Assembly: GCA_951406725.2 (NCBI GenBank) | Contig: OX597835.1 | Coordinates: forward strand, 248,001-312,000 | DNA length: 64,000 nucleotides | Reading direction: 5' to 3' | Source: Octopus vulgaris | Taxonomy: Eukaryota | Shown: piece by piece, positions 25,470 to 38,160 of the stretch | How positions within the stretch are numbered: position 1 is the stretch's first letter | How the letters are laid out: each line of letters opens with the position of its first letter | Position numbers and translations under genes: made by a program | Notes under the pieces: model-generated | Database searches by the model: none | What the model saw: only the letters and a program-made list of their open reading frames with translations | What the model was told of the DNA's origin: nothing

Positions 25470-26330
25470 GAAATAATAATAATGACAATAATAATTTTGG
25501 CACAAGGCCAGCAGTTTCAGAGTGGGGGAGTGGATAAATCGATTACATCAATCACCCCCTCCAGTATTGAACTGGTGCTTATTTTATCAACCCAGAAAGG
25601 ATGAAAGGCAAAGTTGACCTCATCAGAATTTGAACTCAGAATGTAAAGATGGATAAAATGCTATCGAGCATTTTGTCTGATACAGTAATGACTCTGTCAT
25701 CCTTTGTACTCTAGGCATTAGTCCTGAAATTTGGTGGGAAGGGGTTAGTTGATTACATTGACACCAGTACTCGATTGGTATTTTATTTTATCTACCCCAA
25801 AAGGATGAAAGGTGAAATTGACCTCGGCAGCATTTGATCTCAAAACAAAGAGTTGAAGAAATGCTGCTAAGCATATTGTTCAACGCTCGAATGATTCTGC
25901 AACAGTTCTTCACCTCTGATAATAATTATTTCTAATATTGACACTAGGCCAGCAATTTTGAGGGGATGCAGCATGTTGATTACATTGATCTTTGAAGTTG
26001 ACTGGGAGCTAATTTTAATCAACCCTGAAAGGAAGAAAGGCAAAGTTGACCTTGGCAGGGTTTTTAGAAGAAACACCAATAAACATTTTGTCCAAAATGC
26101 CAACAATTCTACCAGCTGGCCACCTTAAAAGTAATAGTTCTTTCTTCTATTGGTAAAAGGTCAGCAATTTGATGGAGAGTGGAACCAGTCAATTACAATG
26201 CTCCCCACACACACACTTCCCCCCCCCCCCAGTGTTTAACTGGTGTTAACATTTTATCAATGCTGAATAGATGAAGAGCAAAGTTGATCTCTGTGGAATT
26301 TGAACCTAGACTATAAAGCCAGAAGAAATA
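24990..26330 (-). mobile_element. Chain of about five family-A SINEs in the opposite orientation
   Basis: Repeated gatgaaaggcaaagttgacct...gaatttgaac motif at ~25100, 25600, 25805, 26030 and 26270, with (AAT)n spacers. Confidence 0.8.
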
Positions 26331-26337
26331 CCCTTTT

Positions 26338-26534
26338 ACTTGTTTCAGTCATTTGACTGTGGCCATGCTGGAGCACTGCCTTTTTTAGTCGAGCAAATCA
26401 ACCCCAGGACTTATTCTTTGTAAGCCTAGTACTTATTCTATCGGTCTCTTTCGCCAAACCGCTAAGCTACAGGGATATAAACACACCAGCATTGGTTGTC
26501 AAGTGATGTTGGGGGGACAAACACAGATACACAA

Positions 26535-26583
<49 letters not shown>

Positions 26584-26750
26584 CATATATACGACGAGCT
26601 TCTTTCAGTTTCCGTCTACCAAATCCACTCACAAGGCTTTGGTCAGCCTGAGGCTATAGTAGAAGACACTTGCCCAAGGTGCCATGCAGTGGGACTGAAC
26701 CCAGAACCATGTGGTTGGGAAGCAAGCTACTTACCACACAGTCACTCCTA
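26338..26750 (-). mobile_element. Family-B SINE, full length
   Basis: Same architecture as the 10178-10575 copy. Confidence 0.9.
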
Positions 26751-27794
26751 CGTGTACCTATAAGCATTTTGTCTTGCGTGCTAACGAATCTGCCTGCTCA
26801 CTGTCTTAACCCTTAGGAGACAACAAAGCCAATCTCTTGGTCAAAAAGTAGAACGAGAAAGAAGAGTGTATTAATTCATTCAATTTCCTACAAGAATATG
26901 ATTTTATACATGTAAAGTAATTACTTTATATTTGATAAATTTTTTGAAACAGAGGTGCATGCCTTGTGTAGGGTTTGTGAAAAAGGCTCTGTCTTCTTGG
27001 CACTGAAACTCCAGATGAGGCTTCATCTCCAAAGGGTTAAGAAATGATAATGGGTAGAATTTTCAGAGTATCAGATGAAATGTCATATTTTGTATTTATC
27101 CCATTTACGTACTAAGATCAAATCCAGCCTGTGTTGCGTATTTCAATCCTCCATGGTTGTTAATACAAGAATAGTGAGGACAGTGACAGTGAAAACAGAT
27201 TACGCCCCACCCCCAACATATGACCTTGCACCTAAGCTAAACACTTATCATCATCATCATATAACACTAGATCAGCACAAATATTAATGTATTGAAGGAG
27301 CAGACATGGCCTAGAGATATACTTTAACAAAAGTTAAGGGGTGCCTCATTCCAGCATGCTGAATACCAACCCAGAATTTCTGAGGGATCATGTTATCGCT
27401 AGATCGTCGTTGAAATTACCCTGGGTTCATCCATCCTTTTGACAAGTCCTGCTGGGCTCCTCACTTGGCAAGCCTAGTGCAGGTGTTAGTTAAGTGACCA
27501 ACAACCTGACCACACAACAGGTTGCACTGGATTCCATGTTACCAGGAGAAATCATGAGGGACCTCACAAGTGACCTGACACTAGCCTTGTCTTTCAACCC
27601 AATAACATTGGTGAAATAGTCCAGACTAGTCATGTAATGAGTGTTTTCCTTGCAAACGTTTGTGGCTTTGGGCCAGCGTATCAGAAAGTACATTGGCACA
27701 AAGCCACAAATGTTTAGGGGAAAATAATTGTTATAACCATTATTGTTATAATAAAAAAAAACTGTTGTATGCCAAGTTCATTGGCAGAGATGTT

Positions 27795-28272
27795 ATCTTG
27801 GGGTTTGGTAACAGCAGGTCACCTCAAGTCTCAGGAATCTTTTGTAAGGTTTTTTCACATGACAAGATGGCACTTTTCTGCAATTGCACACCATGAGTCC
27901 CATTCCAGCCTCGCACGTAGCAGTTTGGGTTTTGTACTGATTGCACCAATTATCACAAGAACAATTTTCACACTTGTATCGCACAATCTCTTCGTGTCTG
28001 TAGCTTGGTTCCGATATTTCTCTATTTTCTTGGCTTCCTTGATATATACTCTGTTATTATACAGGACTGCTAAGTCAATGGTCTTACAGTTTTGTTATTT
28101 TCTATCTCCCTCAATCATATCCAGTCTCCTTGCTTCAGTAGTATTGTTAGTCTCTATGACATTATCCCATAAAATCCTCTAATTACCATTAATCATGACA
28201 GCTTCTGGCTTGTGTTCATACCTCTTTACTCTCACTTCAAATCCTCAAACTTGGCTAACCTCCCACTGTACC
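27795..28272 (-). mobile_element. Second, more decayed R4/Dong-like RLE retroelement 3' fragment
   Basis: Minus strand reads approximately KRYEHKPEAV..RILWDNVIETNNTTEARRLDMI...IDLAV..NNRVYIKEAKKIEKY...VKIVLVIIGAI, with stops. Confidence 0.65.
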
Positions 28273-28560
28273 CTTTTACTGATGGATTATTATTATTTAT
28301 TATTGTTGTTGTTGTTGTGGCAAGCTGGCAGGATCTTTAGAGCAGTGGTCCTAATGCTAAGTAATATTTCTTCTAATTTAAGCACGTTCTGAGTTTAAAT
28401 TTCATTTGGGTGAACTTTGTTTTCATCCCTCTGAGGTTGATAAAGAAAAGTATCTGTCAAGTACTGGGATTAATAGTATCAATTAACCCCCTTCCCTCAG
28501 AATTGCTGGCCTTGTGCCAAAATTTGAAGTCATCAGTATTATTATTAATATTTTTATTAC

Positions 28561-31500
28561 TAAGGCAGCAAGTTGGCAGAATTGTTAACATGCCAGGCAA
28601 AATGCTTCGAAGCATTTCGTCCATCTTTATGTCCTAAGTTCAAATTCTACCAAGGCAGCAAGCTGGCAGAATTGTTAACATGCCAGGCAAAATGCTTAGA
28701 AGCATTTCGTCCATCTTTATGTTCTAAGTTCAAATTCTACCAAGGCAGCAAGCTGGCAGAATTGTTAACATGCCAGGCAAAATGCTTAGAAGCATTTCGT
28801 CCATCTTTATGTTCTAAGTTCAAATTCTACCAAGGCAGCAAGCTGGCAGAATTGTTAACATGCCAGGCAAAATGCTTAGAAGCATTTCGTCCATCTTTAT
28901 GTTCTGAGTTCAAATTCTACCAAGGCAGCAAGCTGGCAGAATTGTTAACATGCCAGGCAAAGTGCTTAGAAGCATTTCGTCCATCTTTATGTTCTGAGTT
29001 CAAATTCTACCAAGGCAGCAAGCTGGCAGAATTGTTAACATGCCAGGCAAAGTGCTTAGAAGCATTTCGTCCATCTTTATGTTCTGAGTTCAAATTCTAC
29101 CAAGGCAGCAAGCTGGCAGAATTGTTAACATGCCAGGCAAAATGCTTAGAAGCATTTCGTCCATCTTTATGTTCTAAGTTCAAATTCTACCAAGGCAGCA
29201 AGCTGGCAGGATTGTTAACATGCCAGGCAAAGTGCTTAGAAGCATTTCGTCCATCTTTATGTTCTAAGTTCAAATTCTACCAAGGCAGCAAGCTGGCAGA
29301 ATTGTTAACATGCCAGGCAAAATGCTTAGAAGCATTTCGTCCATCTTTATGTTCTGAGTTCAAATTCTACCAAGGCAGCAAGCTGGCAGAATCGTTAACA
29401 TGCCAGGCAAAATGCTTAGAAGCATTTCGTCCATCTTTATGTTCTAAGTTCAAATTCTACCAAGGCAGCAAGCTGGCAGAATCGTTAACATGCCAGGCAA
29501 AATGCTTAGAAACATTTCGTCCATCTTTATGTTCTAAGTTCAAATTCTACCAAGGCAGCAAGCTGGCAGAATTGTTAACATGCCAGGCAAAATGCTTAGA
29601 AGCATTTCGTCCATCTTTATGTTCTAAGTTCAAATTCTACCAAGGCAGCAAGCTGGCAGAATTGTTAACATGCCAGGCAAAATGCTTAGAAGCATTTCGT
29701 CCATCTTTATGTTCTAAGTTCAAATTCTACCAATGCAGCAAGCTGGCAGAATTGTTAACATGCCAGGCAAAATGCTTAGAAGCATTTCGTCCATCTTTAT
29801 GTTCTAAGTTCAAATTCTACCAAGGCAGCAAGCTGGCAGAATTGTTAACATGCCAGGCAAAATGCTTAGAAGCATTTCGTCCATCTTTATGTTCTAAGTT
29901 CAAATTCTACCAAGGCAGCAAGCTGGCAGAATTGTTAACATGCCAGGCAAAATGCTTAGAAGCATTTCGTCCATCTTTATGTTCTAAGTTCAAATTCTAC
30001 CAAGGCAGCAAGCTGGCAGAATTGTTAACATGCCAGGCAAAATGCTTAGAAGCATTTCGTCCATCTTTATGTTCTAAGTTCAAATTCTACCAAGGCAGCA
30101 AGCTGGCAGAATTGTTAACATGCCAGGCAAAATGCTTAGAAGCATTTCGTCCATCTTTATGTTCTAAGTTCAAATTCTACCAAGGCAGCAAGCTGGCAGA
30201 ATTGTTAACATGCCAGGCAAAATGCTTAGAAGCATTTCGTCCATCTTTATGTTCTAAGTTCAAATTCTACCAAGGCAGCAAGCTGGCAGAATTGTTAACA
30301 TGCCAGGCAAAATGCTTAGAAGCATTTCGTCCATCTTTATGTTCTAAGTTCAAATTCTACCAAGGCAGCAAGCTGGCAGAATTGTTAACATGCCAGGCAA
30401 AATGCTTAGAAGCATTTCGTCCATCTTTATGTTCTAAGTTCAAATTCTACCAAGGCAGCAAGCTGGCAGAATTGTTAACATGCCAGGCAAAATGCTTAGA
30501 AGCATTTCGTCCATCTTTATGTTCTGAGTTCAAATTCTACCAAGGCAGCAAGCTGGCAGAATCGTTAACATGCCAGGCAAAATGCTTAGAAGCATTTCGT
30601 CCATCTTTATGTTCTAAGTTCAAATTCTGCCAAGGCAGCAAGCTGGCAGAATTGTTAACATGCCAGGCAAAATGCTTAGAAGCATTTCGTCCATCTTTAT
30701 GTTCTAAGTTCAAATTCTGCCAAGGCAGCAAGCTGGCAGAATCGTTAACATGCCAGGCAAAATGCTTAGAAGCATTTCGTCCATCTTTATGTTCTAAGTT
30801 CAAATTCTACCAAGGCAGCAAGCTGGCAGAATCGTTAACATGCCAGGCAAAATGCTTAGAAGCATTTCGTCCATCTTTATGTTCTAAGTTCAAATTCTGC
30901 CAAGGCAGCAAGCTGGCAGAATCGTTAACATGCCAGGCAAAATGCTTAGAAGCATTTCGTCCATCTTTATGTTCTAAGTTCAAATTCTACCAAGGCAGCA
31001 AGCTGGCAGAATCGTTAACATGCCAGGCAAAATGCTTAGAAGCATTTCGTCCATCTTTATGTTCTATGTTCAAATTCTGCCAAGGCAGCAAGCTGGCAGA
31101 ATCGTTAACATGCCAGGCAAAATGCTTAGAAGCATTTCGTCCATCTTTATGTTCTAAGTTCAAATTCTACTAAGGCAGCAAGCTGGCAGAATCGTTAACA
31201 TGCCAGGCAAAATGCTTAGAAGCATTTTGTCCATCTTTATGTTCTAAGTTCAAATTCTGCCAAGGCAGCAAGCTGGCAGAATCGTTAACATGCCAGGCAA
31301 AATGCTTAGAAGCATTTCGTCCATCTTTATGTTCTAAGTTCAAATTCTACCAAGGCAGCAAGCTGGCAGAATCGTTAACATGCCAGGCAAAATGCTTAGA
31401 AGCATTTCGTCCATCTTTATGTTCTAAGTTCAAATTCTACCAAGGCAGCAAGCTGGCAGAATCGTTAACATGCCAGGCAAAATGCTTAGAAGCATTTCGT

Positions 31501-34080
31501 CCATCTTTATGTTCTAAGTTCAAATTCTGCCAAGGCAGCAAGCTGGCAGAATCGTTAACATGCCAGGCAAAATGCTTAGAAGCATTTCGTCCATCTTTAT
31601 GTTCTAAGTTCAAATTCTACCAAGGCAGCAAGCTGGCAGAATCGTTAACATGCCAGGCAAAATGCTTAGAAGCATTTCGTCCATCTTTATGTTCTAAGTT
31701 CAAATTCTGCCAAGGCAGCAAGCTGGCAGAATCGTTAACATGCCAGGCAAAATGCTTAGAAGCATTTCGTCCATCTTTATGTTCTAAGTTCAAATTCTAC
31801 CAAGGCAGCAAGCTGGCAGAATTGTTAACATGCCAGGCAAAATGCTTAGAAGCATTTCGTCCATCTTTATGTTCTAAGTTCAAATTCTACCAAGGCAGCA
31901 AGCTGGCAGAATTGTTAACATGCCAGGCAAAATGCTTAGAAGCATTTCGTCCATCTTTATGTTCTAAGTTCAAATTCTGCCAAGGCAGCAAGCTGGCAGA
32001 ATCGTTAACATGCCAGGCAAAATGCTTAGAAGCATTTCGTCCATCTTTATGTTCTAAGTTCAAATTCTACCAAGGCAGCAAGCTGGCAGAATCGTTAACA
32101 TGCCAGGCAAAATGCTTAGAAGCATTTCGTCCATCTTTATGTTCTAAGTTCAAATTCTGCCAAGGCAGCAAGCTGGCAGAATCGTTAACATGCCAGGCAA
32201 AATGCTTAGAAGCATTTCGTCCATCTTTATGTTCTAAGTTCAAATTCTACCAAGGCAGCAAGCTGGCAGAATCGTTAACATGCCAGGCAAAATGCTTAGA
32301 AGCATTTCGTCCATCTTTATGTTCTAAGTTCAAATTCTGCCAAGGCAGCAAGCTGGCAGAATCGTTAACATGCCAGGCAAAATGCTTAGAAGCATTTCGT
32401 CCATCTTTATGTTCTAAGTTCAAATTCTGCCAAGGCAGCAAGCTGGCAGAATCGTTAACATGCCAGGCAAAATGCTTAGAAGCATTTCGTCCATCTTTAT
32501 GTTCTAAGTTCAAATTCTACCAAGGCAGCAAGCTGGCAGAATCGTTAACATGCCAGGCAAAATGCTTAGAAGCATTTCGTCCATCTTTATGTTCTAAGTT
32601 CAAATTCTGCCAAGGCAGCAAGCTGGCAGAATCGTTAACATGCCAGGCAAAATGCTTAGAAGCATTTCGTCCATCTTTATGTTCTAAGTTCAAATTCTAC
32701 CAAGGCAGCAAGCTGGCAGAATCGTTAACATGCCAGGCAAAATGCTTAGAAGCATTTCGTCCATCTTTATGTTCTAAGTTCAAATTCTGCCAAGGCAGCA
32801 AGCTGGCAGAATTGTTAACATGCCAGGCAAAATGCTTAGAAGCATTTCGTCCATCTTTATGTTCTAAGTTCAAATTCTACCAAGGCAGCAAGCTGGCAGA
32901 ATTGTTAACATGCCAGGCAAAATGCTTAGAAGCATTTCGTCCATCTTTATGTTCTAAGTTCAAATTCTACCAAGGCAGCAAGCTGGCAGAATTGTTAACA
33001 TGCCAGGCAAAATGCTTAGAAGCATTTCGTCCATCTTTATGTTCTAAGTTCAAATTCTACCAAGGCAGCAAGCTGGCAGAATTGTTAACATGCCAGGCAA
33101 AATGCTTAGAAGCATTTCGTCCATCTTTATGTTCTAAGTTCAAATTCTACCAAGGCAGCAAGCTGGCAGAATTGTTAACATGCCAGGCAAAATGCTTAGA
33201 AGCATTTCGTCCATCTTTATGTTCTAAGTTCAAATTCTACCAAGGCAGCAAGCTGGCAGAATTGTTAACATGCCAGGCAAAATGCTTAGAAGCATTTCGT
33301 CCATCTTTATGTTCTAAGTTCAAATTCTACCAAGGCAGCAAGCTGGCAGAATTGTTAACATGCCAGGCAAAATGCTTAGAAGCATTTCGTCCATCTTTAT
33401 GTTCTAAGTTCAAATTCTACCAAGGCAGCAAGCTGGCAGAATTGTTAACATGCCAGGCAAAATGCTTAGAAGCATTTCGTCCATCTTTATGTTCTAAGTT
33501 CAAATTCTACCAAGGCAGCAAGCTGGCAGAATTGTTAACATGCCAGGCAAAATGCTTAGAAGCATTTCGTCCATCTTTATGTTCTAAGTTCAAATTCTAC
33601 CAAGGCAGCAAGCTGGCAGAATTGTTAACATGCCAGGCAAAATGCTTAGAAGCATTTCGTCCATCTTTATGTTCTAAGTTCAAATTCTACCAAGGCAGCA
33701 AGCTGGCAGAATTGTTAACATGCCAGGCAAAATGCTTAGAAGCATTTCGTCCATCTTTATGTTCTAAGTTCAAATTCTACCAAGGCAGCAAGCTGGCAGA
33801 ATTGTTAACATGCCAGGCAAAATGCTTAGAAGCATTTCGTCCATCTTTATGTTCTAAGTTCAAATTCTACCAAGGTAGCAAGCTGGCAGAATTGTTAACA
33901 TGCCAGGCAAAATGCTTAGAAGCATTTCGTCCATCTTTATGTTCTAAGTTCAAATTCTACCAAGGCAGCAAGCTGGCAGAATTGTTAACATGCCAGGCAA
34001 AATGCTTAGAAGCATTTCGTCCATCTTTATGTTCTAAGTTCAAATTCTACCAAGGCAGCAAGCTGGCAGAATCGTTAACA
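28561..34080 (+). repeat. Tandem satellite: 61 full 90-bp units plus a partial unit, each unit being the 5' head of the family-A SINE
   Basis: Unit caaggcagcaagctggcagaat(t/c)gttaacatgccaggcaaaatgcttagaagcatttcgtccatctttatgttct(a/g)agttcaaattct(a/g)c. Exact 90-bp register from 28561 to 34051. The last unit runs into a complete SINE body. Confidence 0.98.
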
Positions 34081-34497
34081 CACTGGATGGAAGGATCAGC
34101 AGTATTTCGTCTGTCGCTACATTCTCGGTTCAAATTCTGCCATGGTCAACTTTGCCTTTCATCCTTTTGGAGTCAATAAATTAAGTACCAGTGAAATACT
34201 GGGGTCAATGTAATTGACTATTCCCCTCCCCTGAAATTTCAGGCCTTGTGCCTTTGGTAGAAAGGATTATTATTCTTATTAAGGCAGCAAGCTAGCAGAA
34301 TCGTTAACATGCTAGATGAGATGTTTTCTCTTGTTTATGTTCTGAGTTCAAATTCCACCAAGGTTGACTTTGCTTTTCATCCTTTCAGGGTTGATAAAAT
34401 AAGTACCAGTTGAGTACTGGGGTCGATATAATCGACTATCCCCCTCCCCCAAATTTCAGGCCTTGTGCTTATAATAGAAAGGATTATTATTATTACT
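34051..34497 (+). mobile_element. Two complete family-A SINEs closing the satellite
   Basis: ggtcaactttgcctttcatcctttt...gtaccag...aaatttcaggccttgtgc...gaaaggattattatt occurs twice. Confidence 0.88.
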
Positions 34498-36289
34498 CCT
34501 AATTTTCCTTGTGAAGTATACCAGTAATTTCTCTTCATTTCATCCCCATACATCAATCATCTGCATGTGGTACTCTTTCCATTGTCCAGACTATTTCTGC
34601 CTTCTATTGTTGTTGTTGTTGTTGACTATTTCTTCTCTACAAATGCTGTTCTTCTCCCTTCTTTTGCTCTTCTTTGCCCCTCTGCTCTTACCAATATTTC
34701 CAACACTGTCATCCTCATCATCAAATATCATATACACATTGGTATGAACCACCAACACCTCCACTACCACCGCTAACCACCATGCAGTAGTTGCCGTCAC
34801 CACCACCATCAAGCCAATGTTGTTATAACTCTCAGCATCACCATCACCATTATCCAATATCTATCACTACCATCATTCTATAGAAAAATCCTCTATCCAT
34901 CATTGCCAGCATCACCATCCACCACCACCACACATCATGGTCACTACTGCACCATCAAGCATTTGCCACTGCCACCACCACCACCACCACCACCACCACC
35001 ATTAGTTTTTATCCGCAGCCCTCCTCCTCTTTCTCATCAATATGTAGTGATGTTGGCCCATTGTCAGCTACAATCATTGACTTTGGCCAAACTACTCGGA
35101 CTTGATGGCTAATAATGATCTGATTGTCTACTTTCGTTGTTCTTTCCACTTCTTGTTTTGTTTTTGGTTTTTTCACTTTTCTTTATTTGGCTTCTTCCTC
35201 CACCTCCACCCCATCCATCCATCCAATCATTCATTCACCTATTCATTCATTCATTCATTCATTCGTTCATTTGTAGATTGACTGACTGATTGATTGATTC
35301 ACTCATTCATTGATCCTTTTGGTCATTCATCTGCTTTGTTTGTATGACCAGAACACAGTCAGAGAATCTAATACATGTGTGTGTGTGTGTGTGTACACAT
35401 GTATTTGTGTTTATATTCATTCAGTTACTCTCATTGTTGCCAAACAATGAGAGAGCAGCAATCCACAATTTCCATTACCATCTGAATGTTTAGCTCTCTC
35501 TCTCTCTCTCTTATCCAAAAACTCCTTCACTCCCCTCCACACTCACTCATTCACTCAATCTCCTTTCTTCACATTATTCAACTTAGTCTTATTCACCCAC
35601 ATTTCTTTCTCATTCATCCAATGCCACACTCATTCACAGACTTAATATTTCACCACTTTTCCAATATTCAACATTGTCTCGTTAACCCTGCTTACCCATA
35701 CATATTCTCCTACAACCCTATTTTTTACCATGTCCTCCTTTCTATCTGTGTGTCTACTGTTTTTTCACCCCATGCAAGGACTGTGACAATCCCTGCCGCT
35801 TATTGGTTCCAGCTTTCTTGCTCTCATTTGACAGCAATGTCTCTTCACTCCACATCACTCATTCGTACCATCTGTCTCTCAATCAGGACATTATCACTCA
35901 ATGTCATTCACTTTCCCAATCACTCACATTATTTCTCTCTCTCCTCCGTGTTATTCATCACTCCACATCACTCATGTGTTCACTGACCCATTGGCATTAT
36001 ATATATATCTCTCTCTTTTATGATATTCATCATTCCAAGGAGCTGCACTGAAGACTTTCCTAGGTCCTAAGATTGTCCAAGACTGGAGGACCATAAAGCA
36101 ACAATTCTTGTCTACACCTCAAGAACTCGATTGCCCTATTCTTTCTTTCATCTTTGGACAGTGTTATTCCACACCACCTACACACCAAATCTCTTCCCTT
36201 CTCCATTCAGCCAAGTGACAGTATACACCATCAGAGTTCACATGCTTCATAATGTTTCTCTCTAGCTCTCTTTCTCTATCATTCAATTT

Positions 36290-36690
36290 ATCTTGCTTAC
36301 CCTCTCATCCAAGGCAAGTGTACTCTACTTCCCAGTCCGTGACACTCGAACCTTTCATCATCTGACACAAGGTCTCCTCTTCTAATGCCCCCCTCTCCTC
36401 TCAAAGGATCTTTGTCTTGCAAATTACTTGGTGACCCTACCAGTTTGGTGCCACACAAAAACCATCCAGTCCACACTGTAAAGTGGTTGATGTTTGGAAG
36501 GGCATCCTGTGGTAAAAACCATGCCAAAACTGACCTTGTCTGTGCTTGTACCACTTAAAAAGCACTCTTTCCACTCTGTTGGGTTGTTGGTGTTTGGAAG
36601 GGCATCCAACCGTAAAAGCCATGCTAAAACAGTCACTGAAGTCTGGTGCAGGTTCCTGCCTGGTCAGCTCCTCTCAAACCATCCAACCCA
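36290..36690 (+). mobile_element. Family-C retroposon with internal duplication
   Basis: gtgccac..aaaa..cca..ccacactgt..gtggttg..gtttggaagggcatcc occurs twice; ends caaaccatccaaccca. Confidence 0.7.
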
Positions 36691-37044
36691 TATTCACAAC
36701 AAATACACATATGTAAACTAAACTTCAGTTTCAAATTTGTTAGCCCAATACAAGTTTTAACTGGCTAAGTTATGGTCCCTTTCCATCCAGGTTCCTCTTT
36801 TTCTTTCTCTCCATAATATTGGGTTTTGGACACCAGGACTGCTCTAACCACTTTTGGATGATCCTATCTCCTCAACACATCAAGCCCTTCAAAATACCAT
36901 ACCTGCTCCTCTTTTGTCAACATATTTCCTGCTCCTTTCTATTGGCAGGTGTTCAAGCTGAACATAAACCACTCAGTGACACCTACAAAGTTTATGTGAT
37001 CACTCCTGACTAAACCATAAAACAAGCAAAAAAAACTACTGTTG

Positions 37045-37325
37045 CAACTCACCCCTATTCAAGCTCACTCCTAACTCAAGCTCACTCCTAACTCAAGTCC
37101 ACCCCTAACTAAAGCCTACCCCAACTCAAGCCCCCACCCCAACTCAAGCCCCCACCCCAACTCAAGCCCCCACCCCAACTCAAGCCCCCACCCCAACTCA
37201 AGCCCCCACCCCAACTCAAGCTCACTTCTAACTCAAGCCCACCCTGAACACAAACACACCTTCAACTTAAGCCTACCCCCAAATCCAGCTCGCCTCCCAA
37301 CTCAGTCTCATCCCCAACTCAACTC
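37045..37325. repeat. 17-18-bp C-rich minisatellite (ccccaactcaagccccca)
   Basis: Perfect 18-bp units at ~37120-37220 with degenerate flanking units. Confidence 0.85.
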
Positions 37326-37821
37326 TCTTGTTTTAACTATTCATCTTTTTTGTTTCTTTTGTTTTCATTCTCAGATTTTCTTTCTCCTCCTATTAACCTA
37401 CTTTTATCAAGTTGATAGTGTCTTTAGCTGTTTGCTCTGCTTGCTAGAAATAGCAACCAAATTCCTTCCAAATCATATATTACCTATTTAAAAAAGGAAG
37501 TGTGGCATAACATAATCCTGTTCTCTGCACATTGTAAGCAGACAGAATATTTATGGCTAGAATGTCCTTGACCACTGGTCTTGACCACTGGTGTACTCAA
37601 TCAGGACTGACCTTTAGCTAAGTAACAATTATAACTCATTTTTCATGAGAAAAATGAAGAAGCGTCTGTGTTCACCCAATCTACTAGAAATAGCAACCAA
37701 ATCTCACTTAAATTAAACAAAGGTGAATATGTTAGACATTGTTTTCTTTGATATAAATGCAAAAAAAAAAAAAACTGATGGTCAAGGCTGGAACTTCATT
37801 GATTATGAGTGTACTCAATAA

Positions 37822-38145
37822 AACTCAGTGGTTAGAGCTTTGGGCTCAAACTCATGAAGTAGCGAGTTTGATTCCCAGACCGGGCTGCATGTTGTGTTCT
37901 TGTTTATTTTACATTGCTCCAGTTCACTCAGCTGTGGAAATGAGTTGTGACGTCACTGGTGCCAGGCTGTATCGGCCCCTTTGCCTTTCCCTTGGATAAC
38001 ATTGGTGACATGGAGTGGGGAGGCTGGTATGCATGGGCAACTACTGCTCTGCCATAAACAATCTTGCCTGGACTTGTACCTCCTCAGAGGGGAACTTTTT
38101 AGGTGCAATCCCATGGTCATTCATCTCCAAAAGAGGTCTTTACCT
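37822..38145 (+). mobile_element. tRNA-derived SINE related to family D
   Basis: ctcagtggttagagc...gagtttgattcccagaccgggc...ttgctccagttcactcagctg...cccatggtcattcat; homologous copy at 59410-59750. Confidence 0.75.
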
Positions 38146-38160
38146 TTAGAGTAACTCTGT

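Noticed and set aside
28561-34080. CRISPR-like array
   Set aside because: Units are contiguous with no unique spacers, there are no cas genes, and the context is eukaryotic.
28573-34179. 866-aa and 785-aa repetitive Cys-rich ORFs
   Set aside because: They are one frame of a 90-bp (30-codon) SINE-head repeat that happens to lack stops. Starts are non-ATG, a TAA interrupts at 31171, and most unit variants change amino acids. No coding signature.
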